This document shows positions 1 to 9,200 of a DNA stretch of 32,000 nt, piece after piece. Numbering within the stretch: the stretch's first letter is position 1; every line of letters starts with the position of its first letter. Source of the stretch: Acaryochloris marina MBIC11017 (GTDB taxonomy: Bacteria > Cyanobacteriota > Cyanobacteriia > Thermosynechococcales > Thermosynechococcaceae); assembly GCF_000018105.1 (NCBI RefSeq), contig NC_009925.1, forward strand, positions 1,200,001-1,232,000. Direction: 5' to 3'. Made by a program: the position numbers and the translations under genes. Under the pieces are notes generated by a model. The model was given only the letters and a program-made list of their open reading frames with translations. It was not told the DNA's origin and did not search any database.

Positions 1-451
1 CTTGACCCGCTGCAGTTAATTTTGATGCTGAGACCAATAAGTTAATTCCACTACGAATCCCCAGTGATTCCAATTGCTTTACTTGTGCCATGACTCGATT
101 CACTTCCCACAACTGTTCTGGGAAATGGATGGATAGGTGAACTTTATCAGGATGAACAGATACTAGTCGCCTCAGGGTACTACCCCATAAATGCAATCCA
201 TTACTGGTGATGGAGCGGAATACCATACCCTGCAAACGTTGCAAAACCTCAAATAAGGCTGGGTACTCTAACGGCTCTCCACCTCCAAAGGAAACAGCTT
301 GAGTTCCTGCCTGCGCACAATCCGTAACAAAGGTGATCAGCTCATCTGCGGTCCAAGTCGTATTGCCGATGGGATGGCTGCTGTTATAACAAAAATGACA
401 TTGCTTACTACACTGATTAGTCAGTTCAATAGAAAGCCTTTCAACACTCAT
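1..451 (-). CDS. Radical SAM domain protein, N-terminal 150 codons (3' end runs off the left window edge)
   Basis: Absent from the ORF track because it is open at the window edge. My reverse-complement translation from the ATG (complement of 449-451) gives MSVERLSIELTNQCSKQCHFCYNSSHPIGNTTWTADELITFVTDCAQAGTQAVSFGGGEPLEYP... It has the CX3CX2C cluster motif (C14,C18,C21) and a downstream GGGEP motif. In-frame TGA/TAG lie just upstream of the ATG, and the frame stays open to position 1. Confidence 0.7.
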   Translation of the reverse strand, partial: MSVERLSIELTNQCSKQCHFCYNSSHPIGNTTWTADELITFVTDCAQAGTQAVSFGGGEPLEYPALFEVLQRLQGMVFRSITSNGLHLWGSTLRRLVSVHPDKVHLSIHFPEQLWEVNRVMAQVKQLESLGIRSGINLLVSASKLTAAGQ

Positions 452-643
452 CAATCGACGGTAACGTCTCTTCAGGCATCAATCCTAACAAAATCTGCCA
501 TTCACTTACGGAAAGCTTATTCTGGCAAAATTGTTTCAACATCCACCCAGCTAATCCTATTCAGCAAAACTCACCGACCCGGAGGAAGATTGATTTGCTG
601 AATTTGGACGGAAGCAACCATAGGAGCTACAGCTCACTGGCGC

Positions 644-1906
644 TTATCCAAAGATACTGCTGAAAAATTCTACGGCTTCTTTAAGTGAGTTGATAAACGC
701 ATCTATTTCTTCGCGAGTATTGTAAAAATAGAGACTTGCTCTGGCCGTAGACGACACCTTCAGATGCCGATGCAAAGGCTGAGTACAGTGATGTCCGGCC
801 CGAATGGCTACACCTGCTTGATCCAAAATCGTGGAGAGATCATGGGGATGCACATCCCCTGCGGTAAAGGAAGCCAATGCCGCTCGACCCGTGCCATCCG
901 CATGGGGCTGAGGACCATAAATCTGCACCTCAGGAATCTCCCGCAGCCGCTTAAACAGGTAAGCCGTTAACTCCGCTTCATAGGCATGAATCTTGTCCAT
1001 ACCAATTTGGGTCAAGTAATCAACCGCAGCCCCTAGGCCCACTGCCTCACCAATGGCAGGGGTGCCTGCCTCAAATTTATGGGGTAAATCTGCATAGGTG
1101 GCATGGTCTAGGAATACATCTGCAATCATTTCACCGCCACCCAAGAACGGAGGCATACTGCGGAGCAAATCCAGTTTGCCGTAGAGGAAGCCAATGCCGG
1201 TGGGAGCACACATTTTATGGCCAGAGGCCACCAGCCAATCGCAGTCTATCTTCTGGACATCGATGGGCATATGGGGGACGCTTTGGCAGGCGTCGATCAG
1301 CACTTTGGCATCGTATTGGTGTGCGATCACAACAATCTCTTCCACAGGATTAATACAGCCCAAGGTATTGGAGACATGCACCACCCCCACTAGTTTGGTG
1401 CGGTCATTGATCAGGGTTTTAAACTGCTCTAAATCAAAGGCTTGATTCTCATCCAGCTCCACAAACTTGAGCACCGCTCCAGTTTTCTGAGCCACCCACT
1501 GCCAGGGAATCAAATTACTGTGATGCTCCATCACCGTCAGGATGACTTCATCCCCAGCCTTGAGATTATTCATTCCCCAGCTATAAGCCACCAGGTTAAT
1601 CCCTTCACTGGCATTGCGGGTATAGACAATCTCCTGCCGAGACGCCGCATTGACAAAGGCAGCCACCTTATCCCGTGCCCCTTCATAGGCATCCGTGGCC
1701 CGACCACTGAGGGTATGGACGCCTCGGTGGACATTGGCATTATCCTGCTCGTAATAATCCTGCAGTGCCGCCAAGACAGAGGTCGGTTTCTGAGACGTCG
1801 CCGCACTATCCAAATAGACCAAGGGACTCTCCTGAATCTGCTGATGCAAAATGGGAAAGTCAGGACGAACCTGAAGGGCTAGAGACTTTTCTTGGATGGC
1901 AATCAT
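644..1906 (-). CDS. sufS: Cysteine desulfurase SufS (class V aminotransferase, group II)
   Basis: 420-aa ORF with motifs [25 protein letters not shown] (PLP lysine) and [10 protein letters not shown] (active-site Cys loop). It is the last gene of the sufBCDS string. Confidence 0.93.
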   Translation of the reverse strand: MIAIQEKSLALQVRPDFPILHQQIQESPLVYLDSAATSQKPTSVLAALQDYYEQDNANVHRGVHTLSGRATDAYEGARDKVAAFVNAASRQEIVYTRNASEGINLVAYSWGMNNLKAGDEVILTVMEHHSNLIPWQWVAQKTGAVLKFVELDENQAFDLEQFKTLINDRTKLVGVVHVSNTLGCINPVEEIVVIAHQYDAKVLIDACQSVPHMPIDVQKIDCDWLVASGHKMCAPTGIGFLYGKLDLLRSMPPFLGGGEMIADVFLDHATYADLPHKFEAGTPAIGEAVGLGAAVDYLTQIGMDKIHAYEAELTAYLFKRLREIPEVQIYGPQPHADGTGRAALASFTAGDVHPHDLSTILDQAGVAIRAGHHCTQPLHRHLKVSSTARASLYFYNTREEIDAFINSLKEAVEFFSSIFG

Positions 1907-1924
1907 AGGTGCAGAATCACGAAT

Positions 1925-3229
1925 CTAACGTATTTGGGACAACACAGCGTTCAGCAAAGTCTGGCGCTGTTCAGCAATGGGCAATTGATCAATAATTTCC
2001 GCCGCAAACCCCTCGACCAGCAAATCGCAAGCGCTATTGCGGTCTAACCCCCGGCTTTGTAAATAAAAGACTTCTTCATCGTCCAGCTGACTCACTGTGG
2101 CCCCGTGGGCGCACTTAACGTCATCGGCAATAATTTCTAGTTGCGGTTTGGTGTCCACCCGCGCCTTGGACGACAGCAGCAAATTGCGGCTCAGCTGGCT
2201 GGCATTGGTCTGCTGAGCCAATTTAGGCACAAACACTCGGCCATTAAACACCGCGCGAGCACGGTTATCAACGATGCACTTATGCAACTGCTGAGCTGTA
2301 CAGTGGGGACCTGTGAAGGATAGATCAGAATGGGTGTCGGCCACCTGCTGATCCACCGCTAGGGTCAATCCATTGAGAGTGGTATCCGTCTGCTCTGCTG
2401 TAGGCACCACCACGGGGTTATGGCGAGACATCTGTCCCCCCAGGCTCAAACTCGTCAGAGCATAGCGACTATCGCGATCCTGAGATACTGATGTCGTACC
2501 GATATGAAAGGCCGTCTTCGCCTCTCGCTGAATTCGGTGGTGGTGAAGCTGAGCATTTTGCCCCAAGCTCACTTCCATCACCGAGTTCGTAAAGTAGGAC
2601 GCTGCGTTGACCGCTGCATATTCTTCTATTAAGGTGGCCGCACTATTAGCTTCAGCTATCACCAGCCCCCGAGGCGAGGTGATTATCGGTGTATCCCCTG
2701 TGGTCAAATACAACAGATGGATGGGGGCTTCAATGACCTGATTTTTGGCAATGCGTAAGACGGCAACATCGGCAAAGCTAGCGGTATTGAGAGCCGTAAA
2801 GACTTCTGACAGTCCTGGCTGCTGTCCTAGCTCAGGTAGGTTGCCTGCATCCGCTAGGGTACTGACGCTTAACCCAGCAGGCAAGTGATCGATCGTAGAT
2901 AAATCAGGAGCAAACCAGCCATTTACAAATACCAGTCGGACTGGGGCCTCTGCCAAGATAAAGGCGTCAATCTCCTCTAGGGATAGCGACGCAGCAGTAG
3001 GAGCAGTAAAAGCGGTTTTGTACAGACCCGACAGATCTGTAAATCGCCAGTCCTCATCCCGGTTACTGGGCAGACCCCGCTCTTGCACAATGCTGAGGGC
3101 ACCCTCTCGTACTTTTTCCAGCCCCTGCGGATTGGGCCGCTGGGCGAGAAGATGGGTCAAATAGGCTTGCCGATCCTGGGCTGCTGAGGAGCTAGGCGCG
3201 ACGGCTTCGGGGTTTACTTCTACGGTCAT
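1925..3229 (-). CDS. sufD: Fe-S cluster assembly protein SufD
   Basis: 434-aa ORF between sufC and sufS. The C-terminal beta-helix-type sequence (VKCAHGATVSQLDDEEVFYLQSRGL) is typical of SufD/SufB. Its start overlaps the sufC stop (TAATG at 3227-3231). Confidence 0.9.
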   Translation of the reverse strand: MTVEVNPEAVAPSSSAAQDRQAYLTHLLAQRPNPQGLEKVREGALSIVQERGLPSNRDEDWRFTDLSGLYKTAFTAPTAASLSLEEIDAFILAEAPVRLVFVNGWFAPDLSTIDHLPAGLSVSTLADAGNLPELGQQPGLSEVFTALNTASFADVAVLRIAKNQVIEAPIHLLYLTTGDTPIITSPRGLVIAEANSAATLIEEYAAVNAASYFTNSVMEVSLGQNAQLHHHRIQREAKTAFHIGTTSVSQDRDSRYALTSLSLGGQMSRHNPVVVPTAEQTDTTLNGLTLAVDQQVADTHSDLSFTGPHCTAQQLHKCIVDNRARAVFNGRVFVPKLAQQTNASQLSRNLLLSSKARVDTKPQLEIIADDVKCAHGATVSQLDDEEVFYLQSRGLDRNSACDLLVEGFAAEIIDQLPIAEQRQTLLNAVLSQIR

Positions 3230-4017
3230 TAGACTGCCACCTCAGCCACATCTTCTGCTTTCACCCAGTCATAGCCTTTGGCTTCCAGCTCTTGGGCCAG
3301 TTCCTTGCCGCCCGTGGTCAAGATTTTGCCCTCGGCCATCACATGCACAAAGTCAGGGACGATATAGTCCAGCAAGCGCTGATAGTGGGTAATCATCAGG
3401 GTGGCATTTTCCGGCTTAGCCAGCTGATTCACCCCATTGGCGACAATCTTGAGGGCATCAATATCTAGACCTGAATCCGTTTCATCCAGAATGGCTAAAG
3501 TCGGTTCAAGAAGGGCCATCTGCAAGATTTCGTTGCGCTTCTTTTCACCACCAGAAAAGCCTTCATTCACACTGCGATCGAGGAAGGCCGGGTCCATTTT
3601 GACTACGTCTAAGCGTTCCCGCACCAAATCATCAAAATCAAAGGCGTCTAGCTCTTCTAAACCTTCATGCTGGCGCTTGGAATTAAAGGACACCCGCAGG
3701 AAGTCGAGATTACTCACTCCAGGAATTTCTAAGGGATATTGAAAGGCCAGAAACACACCGGAGCGGGACCGTTCTTCTGGTTCTAGTTCCAGTAGGTTCT
3801 GCCCCTTATAAATGACCTCGCCGCCAGTAACCGTATAGGCAGGGTGTCCGGCCAATACCTTAGAAAAGGTACTTTTTCCCGATCCATTCGGCCCCATAAT
3901 GGCATGGATTTCTCCCGCCTTAATTTCTAGATTTAACCCCTTCAGAATCGGGGTTCCATCCACATCGGCCGTCAAATTACGGACCGACAGAATCACGTCG
4001 CTATTGTCAATAATCAC
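3229..4017 (-). CDS. sufC: Fe-S cluster assembly ATPase SufC
   Basis: 262-aa ORF with Walker [13 protein letters not shown] signature FSGGEKKR and Walker [13 protein letters not shown]. Confidence 0.95.
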   Translation of the reverse strand: MIIDNSDVILSVRNLTADVDGTPILKGLNLEIKAGEIHAIMGPNGSGKSTFSKVLAGHPAYTVTGGEVIYKGQNLLELEPEERSRSGVFLAFQYPLEIPGVSNLDFLRVSFNSKRQHEGLEELDAFDFDDLVRERLDVVKMDPAFLDRSVNEGFSGGEKKRNEILQMALLEPTLAILDETDSGLDIDALKIVANGVNQLAKPENATLMITHYQRLLDYIVPDFVHVMAEGKILTTGGKELAQELEAKGYDWVKAEDVAEVAV

Positions 4018-4068
4018 GCCTGAACCTCTAACTGCGTCTAACGTCTAGTACTGCTTTGGTGAGAAACC

Positions 4069-5505
4069 TTATCCCACACTTCCTTCTAACTTCAGGCTTA
4101 AAAGCCGATCGGCTTCCACGGCAAATTCCATCGGCAGTTGATTAAACACATCCTGACAGAAGCCGCTAATCATCATCGACACCGCATCTTCTACGGAAAT
4201 CCCCCGCTGGGCAAAGTAGAAGAGCTGGTCTTCGCCAATCTTGGAGGTGGAGGCTTCATGCTCCACTTTCGTTTGGTTATTTTGCACCTGGATATAGGGG
4301 AAGGTATTGGCCTCGGCATCACTGCCAATCAGCATGGAATCACACTGGGAGTAATTGCGAGAGCCATCGGCCTTCGGCCCCATTCGTACCAAGCCGCGAT
4401 AGCTATTTTGAGAGCGGCCTGCGGAAATGCCCTTGGAAATAATCGTGCTGCGGGTGTTTTTGCCCACATGGATCATCTTGGTGCCCGTGTCCGCCTGCTG
4501 TTTATTGTTGGTCAAGGCCACGGAGTAAAACTCTCCCACGGAGTTATCGCCCACCAACACGCAGCTGGGATACTTCCAGGTAATCGCTGACCCCGTCTCT
4601 ACCTGGGTCCAGGAAATCTTGGAGTTCTTACCCGCGCATAGGCCCCGTTTGGTCACAAAGTTATAGATACCGCCTTTGCCGTTCTCGTCGCCTGCATACC
4701 AGTTCTGGACTGTGGAATATTTGATATCGGCGTCATCTAAAGCCACCAGTTCCACCACCGCCGCGTGGAGCTGATTGGTATCGAACATGGGGGCAGTACA
4801 ACCTTCTAGATAGCTGACCTGGCTGCCTTCTTCAGCAATAATCAGAGTGCGTTCAAACTGTCCCGCCCCTTCGGTATTAATCCGGAAATAGGTGGACAGT
4901 TCCATGGGGCATTTAACCCCCTTAGGAATATAGACGAAGGAGCCATCACTAAATACTGCCGAGTTGAGGGCCGAGAAAAAATTGTCGTTGATGGGCACCA
5001 CGCTTCCCAGGTACTTCTCCACTAGCTCGGGAAAGTCCTTGAGGGCTTCAGAAATGGAGCAGAAGATCACGCCTTCTTTGGCTAGCTGCTCTTTAAAGGT
5101 GGTTGCAACCGAAACGCTATCAAACACCGCATCCACAGCCACATTGCTGAGGCGCTTCTGCTCCGACAGAGGAATGCCAAGTTTATCGAAGGTTTCGAGC
5201 AGCGCCGGATCCACATCATCCAAACTCTTTTTCTTCTCTTGCTCTTTAGGAGCGGAGTAGTAGGTGATGTCTTGATAATCGATGGCCGGATAGTCAACAT
5301 GGGGCCAAGTGGGCTCCTTCATCTTGAGCCACTGCCGATAGGCCTTCAGCCGAAACTCCAGCATAAAAGCGGGTTCTTCCTTTTTGGCCGAGATCAAGCG
5401 AATCACGTCTTCGCTCAGTCCCTTAGGAATGGTTTCAACTTCAATATCCGTGACAAAGCCGTATTTGTAGGGTTGATTAACCAGATTTTCAACGGTTGCG
5501 GTCAT
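4069..5505 (-). CDS. sufB: Fe-S cluster assembly scaffold SufB
   Basis: 478-aa ORF, first gene of the operon. It carries highly conserved SufB sequence ([30 protein letters not shown]). Confidence 0.95.
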   Translation of the reverse strand: MTATVENLVNQPYKYGFVTDIEVETIPKGLSEDVIRLISAKKEEPAFMLEFRLKAYRQWLKMKEPTWPHVDYPAIDYQDITYYSAPKEQEKKKSLDDVDPALLETFDKLGIPLSEQKRLSNVAVDAVFDSVSVATTFKEQLAKEGVIFCSISEALKDFPELVEKYLGSVVPINDNFFSALNSAVFSDGSFVYIPKGVKCPMELSTYFRINTEGAGQFERTLIIAEEGSQVSYLEGCTAPMFDTNQLHAAVVELVALDDADIKYSTVQNWYAGDENGKGGIYNFVTKRGLCAGKNSKISWTQVETGSAITWKYPSCVLVGDNSVGEFYSVALTNNKQQADTGTKMIHVGKNTRSTIISKGISAGRSQNSYRGLVRMGPKADGSRNYSQCDSMLIGSDAEANTFPYIQVQNNQTKVEHEASTSKIGEDQLFYFAQRGISVEDAVSMMISGFCQDVFNQLPMEFAVEADRLLSLKLEGSVG

Positions 5506-5552
5506 GGGGGGTGTTCTCTCAGAGCAAGTGGCGCGCGTGTATAATCATAAAA

Positions 5553-5566
5553 CAACAACTTTGTTG
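5553..5566. promoter_or_regulatory. SufR operator candidate 1 (CAAC-N6-GTTG)
   Basis: The sequence CAACAACTTTGTTG sits inside a longer inverted repeat, AACAACAA-ct-TTGTTGTT (5551-5568), in the sufB-sufR intergenic region. It matches the inverted repeat described for cyanobacterial SufR. A TATAAT hexamer (5540-5545, plus strand) lies just upstream. Confidence 0.7.
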
Positions 5567-5580
5567 TTCAACACCATCAT

Positions 5581-5610
5581 AGAGTACTTTAGCAACATTT
5601 ATGTTGTCAA
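5581..5610 (-). promoter_or_regulatory. Candidate sufBCDS promoter
   Basis: The minus strand reads TTGACA (complement of 5605-5610), an 18-nt spacer, then TACTCT (complement of 5581-5586). Operator 2 overlaps the -35 and spacer. The hexamers were picked by eye. Confidence 0.35.
5593..5606. promoter_or_regulatory. SufR operator candidate 2 (CAAC-N6-GTTG)
   Basis: CAACATTTATGTTG is the second perfect CAAC-N6-GTTG in the same intergenic region. It overlaps the candidate -35 of the sufBCDS promoter. Confidence 0.7.
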
Positions 5611-5685
5611 AGTCGAGAGAAATTGTTGTAATAGGTTAAACCGCTTCTTGGGATTGGCCCTTCAAAAACCAATGTTGATTGCTGC

Positions 5686-6348
5686 TTGGACATCTCAATT
5701 GTGAACACCACCTCTTCCACAAAACAAGATATCCTTCAGCATTTGCTCAAGCAGGGTCAAGCCAATACCCACGAGCTAGCAGAGCAATTACAGGTAACAC
5801 CTCAAGCCATCCGCCGCCATCTTAAGGACTTAGAATCAGAAGGACTCATCCTATTTGAGAGCGTCCATGCCGGGACTGGACGCCCCCAACATATGTATCA
5901 GTTGAGTCGAGCGGGGCGCGATCGCTTCCCAGATCACCACGATACCTTTGCGATCGATTTACTCGATACCCTCTCAGAAACCGTTGGCAAGGACCAAATG
6001 CGGGTAATTCTCCGCAAACAGTGGGAGCGTAAAGCTCTGGAATATCAACAAAAATTAGGTCCCGGTACTTTGGCAGAGCGGGTGGCCAAACTGGTCAAAC
6101 TGCGAGAAGCCGAAGGATATATGGCTGAGTACTACCCGATTCCTGAAGATGCCGACCCCATGAAGGCGACGCGGTTTATCCTCACGGAATATAATTGCGC
6201 CATTTCCCAGGTGGCTGAGACCTTTCCAAGCGTGTGTGACAATGAGCTGGAAATGTTTGCCATTGCCCTGAAAGATTGCCAGGTGGAACGCACCCACTGG
6301 CTCGTCAATGGCGAGCATCGTTGTGGATACTTGATTGAGGCGGATTAG
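5686..6348 (+). CDS. sufR: Iron-sulfur cluster biosynthesis transcriptional regulator SufR
   Basis: 220-aa ORF divergent from sufB. It has an N-terminal winged-helix region (ILQHLLKQGQANTHELAEQLQVTPQAIRRHLKDLESEGLI) and four C-terminal Cys residues (C..VC..DC..RC) typical of the SufR cluster-binding domain. The track start is TTG 5686; GTG 5701 is an alternative. Confidence 0.9.
   Translation: MDISIVNTTSSTKQDILQHLLKQGQANTHELAEQLQVTPQAIRRHLKDLESEGLILFESVHAGTGRPQHMYQLSRAGRDRFPDHHDTFAIDLLDTLSETVGKDQMRVILRKQWERKALEYQQKLGPGTLAERVAKLVKLREAEGYMAEYYPIPEDADPMKATRFILTEYNCAISQVAETFPSVCDNELEMFAIALKDCQVERTHWLVNGEHRCGYLIEAD
5918..5925. repeat. HIP1 octamer GCGATCGC
   Basis: Exact match. Confidence 0.9.
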
Positions 6349-6742
6349 TGCAAGCTTGCCCTTATTGCACCTAAAATTTGTTTTCACACCTATTAAATTA
6401 CTAATGCCTTCAACCGCGAAGAAGGGTAATGCCCGTGCAGAGAAGGTCCATTGTAATATTTGACGATCCACGCGCTTCTGGGTTTGGGCAGTCATACAAC
6501 CGAATTATGCCTGCGTTGATCTTCAAGCAAGTAACTCTTCAAGGCGTTTATATTTACGTGAAGAATACATGGTTTCAAAATACACAATCCCTTCTCAATG
6601 AGTCATTACTGAAAATTGCAGTCATAAAATTCCTGCAACCGTAAGACTGTCTATCGGCTAACCTCCCTATCCATAGAGACAGACCTACAGATCGGCATGA
6701 TCAACTCATTTTTCCAGAAAAACGATCCTGGGAAAAACACAG

Positions 6743-7474
6743 CTAAACATTAACCAGATTTGTAGCCCTATAGTTAGCGGTCTGGGTATAAGCAACAAAC
6801 GACTTATTTAACCCCAGATACTTCTCTTGGTAGATATTAGACTCAGGGAAAAGGTGTTGAAATTCATTCTGAGACAATAGACGAATACTACTTACTTCAT
6901 CTACTGCAGCTTGATAGTCCTCAATGGGATTTGTGCGCCAACCCATCGCAAAATTATGGGCAAGCCATGCTCGCATTGAAACTGGCAGAAATTGAAATAG
7001 TGGAAAAGCAAAATGAGGTTCAATCGGGAAGAATTTATTGGGAGTTTGAATAAAGTATCGCTTTCCTAAGCGCTTAACTTCCTGTGCCATACGGTGTTGA
7101 TCATCATAATCTCCAACATGTTCGATGGTGGAATTGGAGAAAACAATATCGGATTGTTGGTCAGCAAACTGAGATAAGTCCCTAGCATCACCCGTTACTG
7201 ATTGAATATTGGTTGATGAAATATTGTGTTTCTCAATATTAACTAAAGTGATAAACAGATCATCCTTGATATCGAACTCAGAGAACATCATTTCCCAAAA
7301 TCCTGGCCTACCACCTATATCAAGGATTTGAATGGGGCGATCCAGTCCCTCAATCATATCCAAGAAAATCCGGAATCTTTGGCGACGCAGCTTATTCGCT
7401 ACCGAGATTTCGTTTTTATTATCCACGAATGTTTTATAGAACATGTCATACCCTTGCACAGGCATAAGCAGCAT
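6743..7474 (-). CDS. Class I SAM-dependent methyltransferase (orphan, AT-rich)
   Basis: 243-aa ORF with SAM-binding motif I ILDIGGRPGFWE and post-I acidic residues, then FSNSTIEHV (motif II/III region). The start may be the downstream Met (MFYKTF, about 7444). Composition is clearly more AT-rich than the flanking genes. Confidence 0.8.
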   Translation of the reverse strand: MLLMPVQGYDMFYKTFVDNKNEISVANKLRRQRFRIFLDMIEGLDRPIQILDIGGRPGFWEMMFSEFDIKDDLFITLVNIEKHNISSTNIQSVTGDARDLSQFADQQSDIVFSNSTIEHVGDYDDQHRMAQEVKRLGKRYFIQTPNKFFPIEPHFAFPLFQFLPVSMRAWLAHNFAMGWRTNPIEDYQAAVDEVSSIRLLSQNEFQHLFPESNIYQEKYLGLNKSFVAYTQTANYRATNLVNV

Positions 7475-7833
7475 CTCTAAATTGGTCTACATGTGGGTTT
7501 TACACCTAATGTTTCGGGAGCCTCACATAATAGATTTTAAGAACACTGCAGATACTTATGGCGAAAATTTTCTCGACTATTCTATGCCATCACTGACTAT
7601 TTATTCGTATTTTTTGCAACATCTGAGGGATTAACAATGCAATACAAATCACATTATTGATTTGAATTTATTTTACTGCCTTAAAAAATTAATATTGAAA
7701 AACAATCACTCTTTAGCTATTCATTAATTCACTAAATTCTAGGCTGATTTTTTCTAGTCTTATCAATAAATACAAATCTTGCTTCTTTACCACTAACTCA
7801 TGAATCACCTTGACGGATGACTTGAAATATCAA

Positions 7834-8415
7834 TTAGCTCCCATCACTATTCAGCAATAGAGTCGCTGCACTTTTAGCTTCAGCGGCTGCTTGGGGACGA
7901 TCTTGCATCATGGCAATCACGATGGCACCTTGGACGAGCAACAACAGCTGCCGAGCAAAAGATTCGGCGGGTTCCAGGCCTTCTGCCTTCACTAAATCAA
8001 AAATATATTGATAGACCGCGAGTTGATGGTCTAAAGCCGCTTGGCAACCAGGATGATGGGGATTGGCTAGTTCAACTGTGGCATTAATAAAAGCACAGCC
8101 CCGGAAATTAGGGTTTTCAAACCATTCTTGCAAAACATCAAACAAGCTCAAAAGTCGCTGTTTGGGGTCATCACTGCGTTCTTCAACGCGAGTGACAAAC
8201 CATTCTCGCCATTGCTGATCTCGCTGACGCAGAAATGCTTCGATTAAGGCATCTTTGGACTTGAAATGGTTGTAGAGAGACATTTTCGCCACACCAGATT
8301 CAGCAATAATCCGGTCGATGCCAACATTCTGAATACCCTCACGGTAAAACAGTTCGCAAGCAGTCTCTAGAATACGTTCACGAACAGGTTTCCGAGGTGT
8401 TTTTGACACGGACAT
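7834..8415 (-). CDS. TetR/AcrR family transcriptional regulator
   Basis: 193-aa ORF with a typical TetR N-terminal HTH (ILETACELFYREGIQNVGIDRIIAESGVAKMSLYNHFKSKDALI). Confidence 0.9.
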   Translation of the reverse strand: MSVSKTPRKPVRERILETACELFYREGIQNVGIDRIIAESGVAKMSLYNHFKSKDALIEAFLRQRDQQWREWFVTRVEERSDDPKQRLLSLFDVLQEWFENPNFRGCAFINATVELANPHHPGCQAALDHQLAVYQYIFDLVKAEGLEPAESFARQLLLLVQGAIVIAMMQDRPQAAAEAKSAATLLLNSDGS

Positions 8416-8507
8416 AGATGAGTAGGAAAGTGTAGTCGGCTTCAGCTTATCATTTGGTTCAAAGAACAGCGTTTGTGGGTTCTTAGAAAGAAAGTTTTTC
8501 TCATGAA

Positions 8508-9140
8508 TTACTGAGCTAAATCGCTCTTAAACTCGGGGGTTAAGATGGCCATTCCGGTTTGCACGGCAGGTCTTTGCCCCACTCGCTCCAGCCAAGCTTG
8601 GACATGGGGAAAGGGGTCTAAACTGAGTCCCACATACTCATAGGCAGCCACCCAGGGATAGGTAGCAATATCTGCAATGGAATACTCGCCAGCGATAAAG
8701 TCCCTCTCTTGTAATTGCCGATTTAGAACCTTCACTAGGCGTAACGCTTCTTGTTCATAGCGGTTAATCGCATATTCAATCGGTTCTGGTGCGGATCGAC
8801 GGAAATGCCCCAGTTGACCAAACATCGGGCCGACGCCTGCCATTTGGAACATCAGCCATGCCATCACTTGAGCCCGACTCGCAGCATCAGTAGGTAATAA
8901 TTTTTCAGTTTTTTCCGCCAGGTAAATGAGGATGGCACCTGACTCAAAGACGGTTACGCCCGTGTCTTCGTCTTTGATAGCTGGAATTTTGCTATTGGGA
9001 TTGAGGGCCACAAATTCGGGACTAAACTGTTCTCCCTTGCCCAAGTCAACTTTGTGAAGGGTATAGGGCAACCCTAACTCTTCCAGGAGAATGGCGGGTT
9101 TGCGTCCATTGGGGGTTGTGTAAGTGTAGAGGTGGATCAT
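8508..9140 (-). CDS. Glutathione S-transferase, Nu-class / YfcG-like
   Basis: 210-aa ORF. Its N-terminus (MIHLYTYTTPNGRKPAILLEELGLPYTLHKVDLGKGEQFSPEFVALNPNSKIPAI...FESGAILIYLAEKT) closely parallels E. coli YfcG-type GSTs as I recall them. Confidence 0.85.
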   Translation of the reverse strand: MIHLYTYTTPNGRKPAILLEELGLPYTLHKVDLGKGEQFSPEFVALNPNSKIPAIKDEDTGVTVFESGAILIYLAEKTEKLLPTDAASRAQVMAWLMFQMAGVGPMFGQLGHFRRSAPEPIEYAINRYEQEALRLVKVLNRQLQERDFIAGEYSIADIATYPWVAAYEYVGLSLDPFPHVQAWLERVGQRPAVQTGMAILTPEFKSDLAQ

Positions 9141-9200
9141 GGTAGGCGCCTTGCTAGTGTACGCATGGGGGTTGATCGAGAATCATCGCTATTCAGGCTG

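Noticed and set aside
299-601. 100-aa plus-strand ORF from the track.
   Set aside because: It is antisense to or overlapping the radical-SAM ORF (1-451, minus strand), which has a bona fide CX3CX2C motif. The plus-strand product has no recognisable features.
1194-5544. Numerous 60-150-aa ORFs antisense to or overlapping sufS/sufD/sufC/sufB (for example 1442-1882, 3437-3742, 4138-4590, 4964-5260, 5239-5544).
   Set aside because: All lie inside strongly supported suf coding frames on the opposite strand or in shifted frames, and their products are low-complexity.
6055-6644. ORFs 6055-6495 (minus strand, 146 aa) and 6429-6644 (plus strand, 71 aa) near the 3' end of sufR.
   Set aside because: The first is antisense to the well-supported sufR frame. 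The second lies in AT-rich non-coding DNA, with no RBS or recognisable motif. Neither shows domain-like sequence.
6647-6682. CTGTCTAT (6647-6654) and ATAGAGACAG (6673-6682) share an 8-mer/half-site with the TetR-operator candidate at 10704-10719 and form a weak interrupted hairpin.
   Set aside because: The match is only a half-site, and the stem is 4+4 bp with a bulge. It lies between convergent gene ends rather than at a promoter. It is most simply a coincidence or a weak terminator.
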